A stretch of DNA of 32,000 bases from Aeropyrum pernix K1 (GTDB lineage Archaea; Thermoproteota; Thermoprotei_A; Sulfolobales; Acidilobaceae), in assembly GCF_000011125.1 (NCBI RefSeq), contig NC_000854.2, positions 150,001-182,000 on the forward strand, given 5' to 3'. Of this stretch, positions 25,437 through 32,000 are shown in pieces. The position numbers and the translations under genes were made by a program. Within the stretch, counting starts at the first letter, position 1. Each line of letters starts with the position of its first letter. The notes under the pieces were generated by a model. It was given only the letters and a program-made list of their open reading frames with translations, had not been told where the DNA came from and did no database searches.

Positions 25437-25883
25437 TTAGCTTGTGTATGCCTTGAGGGCCCTGTCTATGTAGAGCTGTATTATGTTTGATGGCCTAACC
25501 CCTTCCAGATACTCCTTGTACACCACCTCACCATTCTTAACTGCGAACACGGCGATAGTTGGGCTAGCCCCTATCCTATAGTGATTGAAGCTCTCTGCAG
25601 CCGCTTTAGAGCTGCAATTCTGTGAGAACCAGTCGCAAAGGACGACTACGAACTTCACCCTGCTATCGCCAGAATACTTGCTTACAACCTCGAGCCAGTA
25701 GCGGTCCTGCAGCCTACACGCAGGGCAAAGAGCGTTGTCAAAATAAACAACAACAACGCCGTCACCCAGCTCCTTAGGATCGAGAGCGCCCCCATCAACC
25801 CTATGCAGCCTCCAGCCCCCGTCCTCCGGATTATAGACATATATGCCGTGCTGAGAGCCCGGGCCGGGAACCTTAGTCTCCAT
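25437..25883 (-). CDS. thioredoxin-fold protein with a CPAC active-site motif, 148 aa
   Basis: VVVYFDNALCPACRLQDRYWLEVVSKY... and SPTIAVF (cis-Pro region) fit a thioredoxin-like fold. TTTATA (25902..25910, minus sense) lies ~23 nt upstream of the ATG, suggesting a leaderless transcript. Confidence 0.65.
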   Translation of the reverse strand: METKVPGPGSQHGIYVYNPEDGGWRLHRVDGGALDPKELGDGVVVVYFDNALCPACRLQDRYWLEVVSKYSGDSRVKFVVVLCDWFSQNCSSKAAAESFNHYRIGASPTIAVFAVKNGEVVYKEYLEGVRPSNIIQLYIDRALKAYTS

Positions 25884-26030
25884 CTACAACCACCCACACG
25901 GTATAAAGCCTCCTCCAAGCCTAATAGGGAGTATCTGCATAACGGCCAAGAGATCCTTCGTGCAGGAGCGGACAGCATACAGGGAGGCTTGAAATAAGGG
26001 TTTCAGGCTATATCATGCTATTAACATGGT

Positions 26031-26119
26031 GGGCCCCCGGGTGAGGCTGTTCGGCGCTGCCGAGCCCGCTCCCGGATCGGACGGCTATGATGACCACCGG
26101 GTTAGATAGACGGGGGCCC
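26031..26119. ncRNA. candidate structured RNA: 89-nt element closed by a perfect 9-bp G/C stem
   Basis: GGGCCCCCG (26031..26039) pairs with CGGGGGCCC (26111..26119). Internal helices are GGUG/CACC and UCGGC-GCU-GCCGA, and there is an AUGAUGA box at 26087..26093. It is the only GC-rich block in a 473-nt ORF-free spacer. TATA-like ctatat at 26008..26013 sits ~25 nt upstream on the + strand. Read on the - strand, it ends in ACCA. Confidence 0.3.
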
Positions 26120-26356
26120 TAGCACGCGTGGAGACCGCTCAGAATTAACTGGTTTAATGTTAGTTAGAACTACTTCGTTCCCCCATGGACTCTCCTGCTA
26201 TTAGCGTTAGGCGCTATCGCCATAGTGTAATTCTCAGATCCCCAACGATCGATGCACTCTGTTAGAAGCCACCGAAGGGGCTCGAACTCGGCGTGAAATA
26301 ATGGATCACAGGTGGTTGTAGGGGTGAAGTAATGGTGAGGCGAGCTGGCACATAAC

Positions 26357-26968
26357 CTATCTTTTCACAAGCCTTAGCCAGAGTTCGTGAAGCCTTGTGT
26401 CCCCAGTGAGCTCTGGGTGGAAGCTAGTTGCGAGTAGGGGGCCCTGAACTGCCGCGACCCCAACCCTCTGACCGTTGTAGTCGAGCCAGCTTATGATCCT
26501 AGCTGGACTCTCCGCTGCCGTTATCGCAGGGCTCCTTATGAACACGCCGCGGAACCTCCCGTCGAGACCCTCTATCTCCAGGTCGGCTTCGAAGCTCTCC
26601 CTCTGCCTGCCGAAGAAGTTTCTCACAACTTCAACCCTCATAACCCCCAGTAGTGGCTGGCTCTTCTCCCCTACGACCTTGTCCCTAACCTTCCCAGCCA
26701 GTATTATAGCCCCTGCGCACGTCCCCATGGCTGGGAGGCCGTTGAGGACCTGCTCCCTCAGAGGCTCTAGGACGCCCAGCCTCTTCGCCAGTATCCCGAT
26801 GGTCGTGCTTTCACCGCCCGGTATAATTACGCCGTCCAGCCCCTTGAGGTCCTCCGGCTTTTTGACGACTACCGCCTCGCCATGCACGCCCAGGCGGTCG
26901 AAGGTCCTCCTAAGCATGTAAACGTGCTCGTAAACGCCCCCCTGATAGCCTAATACGCCTATCCTCAA
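26357..26968 (-). CDS. pdxT: pyridoxal 5'-phosphate synthase glutaminase subunit
   Basis: [30 protein letters not shown] (catalytic Cys) and SFHPELT. A 4-nt overlap joins it to pdxS. Confidence 0.92.
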   Translation of the reverse strand: MRIGVLGYQGGVYEHVYMLRRTFDRLGVHGEAVVVKKPEDLKGLDGVIIPGGESTTIGILAKRLGVLEPLREQVLNGLPAMGTCAGAIILAGKVRDKVVGEKSQPLLGVMRVEVVRNFFGRQRESFEADLEIEGLDGRFRGVFIRSPAITAAESPARIISWLDYNGQRVGVAAVQGPLLATSFHPELTGDTRLHELWLRLVKR

Positions 26969-28026
26969 GCCTCAGCACCCCTGACCTGAAGCAGCTCCTC
27001 AGGGCTCAGCTTACGTATGTCTATACCCATCATACTCTTGGCCTCGCTCACCATCCTCTGGGCCTCGGCCACAGCCTCGGGGTCGTCCCACATGCTTGTG
27101 GCCAACACTATGGCAGCCGCCCTCTCACTCGGGTCGGAACTCTTGAAAATCCCGCTGCCCACGAAAACGCCGTCAGCTCCTAGCCACATCATTAGAGCGG
27201 CGTCTGCGGGTGTGGCTATGCCTCCAGCAGCAAAGTTAACGACGGGAAGTCTTCCCAACCGTGCCGTGAGGTCTACAAGCTGGTGGGGGACGCCGTACTC
27301 CCTAGCCACCCTAAGCCTTTCCTCTGCTGAGAGGCCACGGAGCCTCCATATGTCGCCCATGATAAGCTTCATGTGCCTCACGGCCTCGGCTACGTTGCCG
27401 GTCCCAGCCTCACCCTTAGTCCTTATCATTGAGGCACCCTCGGCTATCCTCCTAAGAGCCTCAGCAAGGCTCCTAGCGCCATTTACGAAGGGTACTTTGA
27501 AGAGCCACTTGTTTATGTGGTGCTTCTCGTCCACCGGGGTGAGGACCTCGCTCTCGTCTATCATGTCAACGCCTATAGACTCTAGTATCATAGCCTCGTA
27601 GTAGTGGCCTATCCTGACTTTTGCCATGACCGGTATAGTTATGCTGGACATGACCTGCTCTATCACCTTAACGTCAGCCATTCTAGCAACGCCGCCGGCC
27701 TTCCTGACGTCGTACGGTAGCTTGTCGAGAACCATTACAGCGACGGCGCCAGCGTCCTCAGCTATACCGGCCTGCTCGACGTTCGTTACGTCCATAACAA
27801 CGCCGCCCTTCTGGTAAATGGGGAACCCGAGCTTCACGGCAACAGTACCGTTCACAGGCTTCTCGAGAGCCTCAGGGAGCTTCTCTGGCCCGTAAGCCAG
27901 CCATACTCCCTCCTCCCTGAGCTTATCCCCCGCTTCCGCGAGCCGGTAGAAGAAGTCGACTATCTCGTTAAACCCCACCTCATAAAGCCTTACAGAGTCG
28001 CTAAAGGGACTATACTTTGGAATCAA
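26965..28026 (-). CDS. pdxS: pyridoxal 5'-phosphate synthase lyase subunit, with a crenarchaeal-type N-terminal extension
   Basis: [66 protein letters not shown] and [31 protein letters not shown]. The TTG start at 28026 has no in-frame ATG before the core. Confidence 0.92.
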   Translation of the reverse strand: MIPKYSPFSDSVRLYEVGFNEIVDFFYRLAEAGDKLREEGVWLAYGPEKLPEALEKPVNGTVAVKLGFPIYQKGGVVMDVTNVEQAGIAEDAGAVAVMVLDKLPYDVRKAGGVARMADVKVIEQVMSSITIPVMAKVRIGHYYEAMILESIGVDMIDESEVLTPVDEKHHINKWLFKVPFVNGARSLAEALRRIAEGASMIRTKGEAGTGNVAEAVRHMKLIMGDIWRLRGLSAEERLRVAREYGVPHQLVDLTARLGRLPVVNFAAGGIATPADAALMMWLGADGVFVGSGIFKSSDPSERAAAIVLATSMWDDPEAVAEAQRMVSEAKSMMGIDIRKLSPEELLQVRGAEA

Positions 28027-28124
28027 GCCTCTACACCGCCCCCCGCTATAGCCTCCGTCTATTATAATATTGTCGGTATTGTGGGTTTATAGCTAAAGCC
28101 TGTGTGACCCTGGCTGCAAGCCCG

Positions 28125-28988
28125 CTAAACTATGTCATCCCTCCTAAGCTCCACCGCCTTCTTCAACACGCCAGACTCTCGGGCCAGCCTGTATAAGGTG
28201 CGGTGGGCCTCTACTCCATCATCACCCATATCCATAGTCCTCTCGTTCACGTACATCTTTATAAAACGGGCCACAAGTTCCCTATCCTTAACCCTGCTAT
28301 ATCGCATGGCATAATCGAGAGCCTCGTCGAAGTGCTGATAAGCGTATTCGATGCTCAACCTAAGCGCGTCTCTAAACGCCTCTGCGGCGCCACGGCCCAG
28401 CCTCCTGCTGAAAACGTCTACACCGAGAGGCATGGGCAGGCCTCCTGTAACCCGGGCCCACCAGTCCCAAAGGTCGAGAACTACAGTTAAGCCCCTCCTC
28501 GAGTATGCAATCTGCTCCTCGTGTATGAGAAGACCGGCGTCCACTCTCCCATCCTCCACCATGGCTGGTATCTCATCGAACCTAGCGTAGACAGGAGTAA
28601 ACCTGCCTCGGAGCGCTATAGTCAGTATTAGACCTGCGGTAGTGTATCTGCCGGGGACCGCTATCCGCGAGCCCTCGAGCCTGACACTCTCACTCTTGGA
28701 AACCACGACGGGGCCGTAGCCCTCCCCCATGCTAGCCCCGGTTCTGAGGAGGAAGTACCTATCCACTATGTAGGCGTAGGCATGGGCGCTGACCGCGCTG
28801 GCGTCTACATCCCTCCCCTCTTCCACAAGCCATCTGTTAAGAGTCTCTATATCCTCTATCACATGCCTGACCCCCCGGAACCCCCTAATCTCTACAGCAC
28901 CCGCCACAATACCGTAGAACATGAAAGCGTCGTCGGCGTCGGGAGTATGAGCTATAGTCAGAATTCCACCCTCACCCAACCACTGCAC
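28125..28988 (-). CDS. mqnD: MqnA/MqnD-family (VitK2 biosynthesis) protein, most like 1,4-dihydroxy-6-naphthoate synthase
   Basis: ILTIAHTPDADDAFMFYGIVAG...EDIETLNRWL...DASAVSAHAYA...LLRTGASMGEGYGPVVV follows the MqnD pattern (SPCPND.F.FY....G......EDVETLN). GTG start. Confidence 0.65.
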   Translation of the reverse strand: MQWLGEGGILTIAHTPDADDAFMFYGIVAGAVEIRGFRGVRHVIEDIETLNRWLVEEGRDVDASAVSAHAYAYIVDRYFLLRTGASMGEGYGPVVVSKSESVRLEGSRIAVPGRYTTAGLILTIALRGRFTPVYARFDEIPAMVEDGRVDAGLLIHEEQIAYSRRGLTVVLDLWDWWARVTGGLPMPLGVDVFSRRLGRGAAEAFRDALRLSIEYAYQHFDEALDYAMRYSRVKDRELVARFIKMYVNERTMDMGDDGVEAHRTLYRLARESGVLKKAVELRRDDIV

Positions 28989-29130
28989 CCACGACTAACA
29001 GGATGAAGTGTAGGGTGTATAACCGCTGGTTCCCCCCCAGCCCACGCTGACCCCGCAGGCGGGCCAGAGTTTAATTTTAAGCTAATATCCCCCTGAGCCA
29101 TACAGCTTTACGAGCGGGTGTGTATCATAG

Positions 29131-30279
29131 TTGTCAAAACTCGCTGGCATAGCTGAAGATAGTGTTTTGGAGAGGATTCTGGATAGCGCTGACGAGCTCG
29201 GCTTAGGTGATACCCTGCACAGAGCCCTCGAGGGGAGGGCTTCAGCTCGCGACATTGTGGAGCTATACAGCGCCCCAGCTCCCCTCTTAGGCGCTGTAGC
29301 CCGGAGGGTAACCGATCTCCTAACTGGCAGGAGGGTTGGCTACATAGTTAACATGATTATGAACTATACTAACATATGCGTGGTAGGCTGCACTTTCTGC
29401 AGCTTCTACAGGAAGCCTAAGCATCCCGAGGCCTACAAGCTGGAGGCTAGGGAGGCGGCAGCCCAGGTAGTCGAGGCGTGGAGGAAATACAGGATAAGGC
29501 AGGTCCTCTTCCAGGGCGGCGTCGACCCAGCAATACCAATAGAGTATTATGAAGAGGCTTTCAGGGCGATCAAATCAGAGACGGGAGGGGAGGTGGCGAT
29601 ACACGGCCTCAGCGTTGTTGAGATAGAGTGGCTCTCGAAGGTCAGCAGGATGAGTGTAGGAGAGGTTGTTGAGAGGCTGAGGGATGCTGGTATGGACAGC
29701 GTGCCTGGTGCTGGGGCCGAGATACTGAGCGACAGGGTCAGGAGGATTATAAGCCCGCTTAAAAGCAGCGCGGACACGTGGATCAGGACGATGGAGACTA
29801 TTATGGAGAAGGGGCTGCCTATAAGCGCTACAATGGTCTACGGCCACGTGGAAACCCTGGAAGAGAGGGCGGAGCACCTGCTGAAGCTCCTAGAGTTGCA
29901 GAGGAGGAAGGGGAGGATAATGGCTTTCATAGCATGGAACTTCGAGCCCGAGAACAACGAGCTCGGAAGGAAGATCCCGTATCCAGCAGGTGGCACGGAG
30001 CTCCTGAAAACCGTCGCTATAGCGAGGATAGTCTTCAGAGGCGAGATACGGTGGATCCAAGCGGGGTGGCTGACGGCGGGTGTTAAGCTTGGCCAGGCTA
30101 CGCTCGAGTACGGGGCGAACGACTGGGGCGGCACCCTTTATGGCGAGAAGGTCCTCCCAGAGGCGGGGGTGCCGTTGCCAAAGCTCGTCAGGAGGAGTAT
30201 TGAGAGGCTGATATGGGAGGCCGGTTACGAGCCCGTGGAGAGGGACAACTGGTACAGGCCCGTTTCGCCATCGGGCTGA
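29131..30279 (+). CDS. radical SAM enzyme of the MqnC/MqnE (CofH-like) family
   Basis: NYTNICVVGCTFCSFY (CxxxCxxC cluster motif), GGVDP and a ~380-aa length. It lies in a futalosine-pathway gene context. I cannot tell MqnC from MqnE by eye. Confidence 0.75.
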   Translation: MSKLAGIAEDSVLERILDSADELGLGDTLHRALEGRASARDIVELYSAPAPLLGAVARRVTDLLTGRRVGYIVNMIMNYTNICVVGCTFCSFYRKPKHPEAYKLEAREAAAQVVEAWRKYRIRQVLFQGGVDPAIPIEYYEEAFRAIKSETGGEVAIHGLSVVEIEWLSKVSRMSVGEVVERLRDAGMDSVPGAGAEILSDRVRRIISPLKSSADTWIRTMETIMEKGLPISATMVYGHVETLEERAEHLLKLLELQRRKGRIMAFIAWNFEPENNELGRKIPYPAGGTELLKTVAIARIVFRGEIRWIQAGWLTAGVKLGQATLEYGANDWGGTLYGEKVLPEAGVPLPKLVRRSIERLIWEAGYEPVERDNWYRPVSPSG

Positions 30280-30302
30280 ACTGAGGCGGGGGGTGTGTTA
30301 CA

Positions 30303-31481
30303 GTGGGTTTGATCCCTCCCAAGTGGCTCGAGAGGATGGTTGAGGCCTATAGAGACCCTAGCCTAGAGAGGGCGGTATACGGAGAGGTCCTCACCAGGAG
30401 CGATATTGAGAGGCTGCTCTCCGAGACGCCGCTCCATCCCATGGCCGCCGCTGCAGATTACTATGCCAGGGTCATCAAGAAAGGTGTTGGCAGTTACATA
30501 GTTAACATCTACCTAGCCTACACTAACGTGTGCGTAACTAGATGCACCTTCTGCGATTTCTACGTCCCCCCAGAGAGGAGGAGCAGTGGCTACACGCACC
30601 CTCCTGAGCACCTAGGCCGTGTCGCCGGGCTGGCCCGGAAGAGGCTAGGGGTTAGGGAGGTTCATATGGTGGGAGGTAATGATCCGGAGCTACCCCTAGA
30701 GTATTATGAGGAGGCTATTAGAGAGATAAAGAGGGTGGCGCCGGGCGTCGTTTTAAAGGCTTTTACAGCAGAGGAGATAGGGTTCATAGCGAAGGCTACC
30801 GGAAACACGCCTAAAGAGGTCCTCGCAAGGTTCAGAGAGGCGGGCCTAGACGCTCTCCCCGGAGGAGGAGCCGAGGTTCTGAGCGAGGAGGTGAGGAAGA
30901 GGATAGCGCCTCTAAAGATATCCAGCGATGAGTACCTAGAGATACATAGGCTGGCGCACAGTATGGGTATAAGGAGCAATATAACTCTACTCTACGCTCA
31001 TATAGAGGAGCCTAGACATGTGGCCGAACACCTATACAGGATCAGGAGGCTTCAGGAGGAGACTGGCGGGTTCATAAGCTTCATACCGATCAGGTTCAAC
31101 CCGGGCAAGACGCCCCTATCGAGGCACCCGGAGTATGTTAAGAAGGGTGACAGAGGGGGCCTCTACGATCTGAGGATAGTAGCTGCGAGCAGGCTCGCCC
31201 TCCTTGGCGCCATAGACAATATAATGGCGTACTGGGTTAGCATGGGCGAGAAGCTCGCCCAGGCAGCCCTCTCCCACGGTGCTAACGACATTGGAGGAAC
31301 CTTCTATAACGAGAGCGTCATAAGCGCGGCCAGCAGCCTTAGGAAGAGGAAAGGCATGAGCCCCGCGAGACTCGTGTTTAACATAGCAACAGCCGGGTGG
31401 ACGCCTATGGAGAGGGACACTTTCTACAACTACTACCCTCCAAGAGCCGAGCCTCCCCGGCTCCCCTGGATGCAGGGCTAG
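30303..31481 (+). CDS. second radical SAM enzyme of the MqnC/MqnE (CofH-like) family
   Basis: AYTNVCVTRCTFCDFY, MVGGNDPELPLEYYEE, and a paralogous layout to the preceding gene (GGAEVLSEEVRKRIAPLK versus GAGAEILSDRVRRIISPLK). Confidence 0.75.
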   Translation: MGLIPPKWLERMVEAYRDPSLERAVYGEVLTRSDIERLLSETPLHPMAAAADYYARVIKKGVGSYIVNIYLAYTNVCVTRCTFCDFYVPPERRSSGYTHPPEHLGRVAGLARKRLGVREVHMVGGNDPELPLEYYEEAIREIKRVAPGVVLKAFTAEEIGFIAKATGNTPKEVLARFREAGLDALPGGGAEVLSEEVRKRIAPLKISSDEYLEIHRLAHSMGIRSNITLLYAHIEEPRHVAEHLYRIRRLQEETGGFISFIPIRFNPGKTPLSRHPEYVKKGDRGGLYDLRIVAASRLALLGAIDNIMAYWVSMGEKLAQAALSHGANDIGGTFYNESVISAASSLRKRKGMSPARLVFNIATAGWTPMERDTFYNYYPPRAEPPRLPWMQG

Positions 31482-31535
31482 AGCTGCCGGGACACCTAGC
31501 CAAGACATTATCTAGGTCTAGGCAGGCTGGTTTGG

Positions 31536-32000
31536 ATGGTCTACGACCTAGCGCTGCCCAGACACTCATACGCCCTACCCCTCATAGATGAGGCCCTCTC
31601 CAGAGGCCTCACTGTAGTGGAGCTACAGCCGCCCGAAGCCTACGATGCCCTAGTCGAGGGCAGGGTTAGAGCGGCCCTCATCCCCCTGGCACTAGCCAGA
31701 GGAGCCAAGATCTGCCCTGGACCGATGGTGTGGAGCCTCTCTGCCACAATGAGCGTCGCAATCTACTCGTTCTCCGTTAGAAGGCTGGATGACTGCGCAG
31801 CCGTGGCTGTTTCAGGCGAGTCGAGGACCTCGCTAGTATACCTCCGTGAAGTTAGGGAGAAGCTGCAAGCCCCTTGGAGTATAGTTCAGGCCGAGAGGGG
31901 TTGTGTCACACTGGAGTGCCTCTTATCCCGTGCAGACTGCGCCCTTCTCCTCGGCGACGAAGCTCTCAGGGCGAGGACAAGGCTTCCTCCTATAGAGGAC
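31536..32000 (+). CDS. mqnA: MqnA/MqnD-family protein, most like chorismate dehydratase; 5' part only, runs off the window
   Basis: This ORF is not in the supplied track because it has no stop in the window. My translation is MVYDLALPRHSYALPLIDEALSRGLTVVELQPPEAYDALVEGRVRAALIPLALA...CALLLGDEALRARTRLPPIED: 155 codons, no stops, with an in-frame TAG at 31497 upstream. The P.E....L..G..D.ALIP and LLIGDEAL patterns fit MqnA. Confidence 0.6.
   Translation, partial: MVYDLALPRHSYALPLIDEALSRGLTVVELQPPEAYDALVEGRVRAALIPLALARGAKICPGPMVWSLSATMSVAIYSFSVRRLDDCAAVAVSGESRTSLVYLREVREKLQAPWSIVQAERGCVTLECLLSRADCALLLGDEALRARTRLPPIED

Noticed and set aside
26087-26093. C/D-box or H/ACA guide RNA call based on AUGAUGA
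   Set aside because: No CUGA D box lies within ~70 nt downstream on the + strand, and there is no second C'/D' pair. No ACA follows the closing stem on either strand (UAGCAC on +, ACCA on -).
26027-26119. A canonical tRNA gene on the minus strand (acceptor-like 8-9 bp stem followed by ACCA; shares tggtgggccc with the tRNA-Pro 3' end)
   Set aside because: There is no GTTCRAATC T-loop and no D-loop GG in the proper place, and I could not draw a cloverleaf even allowing an intron. The 10-nt identity to tRNA-Pro ends at the acceptor stem, so it is not an att-type duplication. I kept it only as an unclassified structured element.
22756-26356. Integrated virus, plasmid or provirus
   Set aside because: I found no integrase, no capsid-like or replication genes and no flanking direct repeats. 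The lower G+C is shared by the clearly chromosomal CBS genes. I reported it only as an orphan-gene stretch.
1-32000. CRISPR arrays, IS elements, rRNA, and replication-origin ORB boxes (CCAGTGGAAA-like)
   Set aside because: No regularly spaced repeats, no transposase or integrase ORFs, no rRNA-like conserved blocks and no ORB-like strings were seen on reading both strands. A visual scan can miss degenerate copies.

Overview
This window reads as a tightly packed, GC-rich chromosomal segment of a hyperthermophilic crenarchaeon. The evidence is a 187-aa KptA, a crenarchaeal-type N-terminal extension on PdxS, many GTG/TTG starts and 1-4 nt gene overlaps. It looks like Aeropyrum or another member of the Desulfurococcales, but that is inference from memory, not a search result. 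I call about 38 protein genes, one intron-containing tRNA-Pro and one candidate structured RNA. I saw no CRISPR array, rRNA, transposase or integrase. Housekeeping content: kptA; an M50 site-2 protease; a PfkB kinase; an M16 peptidase; ribosomal proteins L3-L4-L23 (+ strand) and a detached L2 (- strand); a PrpB-like lyase; a DUF171 SPOUT methyltransferase; an Mrp/NBP35 ATPase; three tandem CBS-domain genes; thiL; a uroporphyrinogen-III methyltransferase beside a chlorite-dismutase-like protein; pdxS-pdxT; and a futalosine-pathway (mqn) menaquinone cluster running off the 3' end. The stand-out locus is 8495-11528 (- strand), a three-gene membrane module. It encodes an 87-aa two-helix pilin-like protein, a 452-aa polytopic membrane protein whose N-terminus is a paralog of that pilin, and a membrane-anchored VirB4/HerA-type ATPase. 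I read it as a minimal conjugation-like (Ced-type) DNA-transfer apparatus. It sits between the two pieces of a split ribosomal-protein operon, and rpl2 starts 12 nt after the ATPase stop codon. Secondary items are a 3.5-kb stretch of small orphan genes with long spacers (22.8-26.4 kb), an 89-nt GC-clamped structured element at 26031-26119, and several motif-level oddities.
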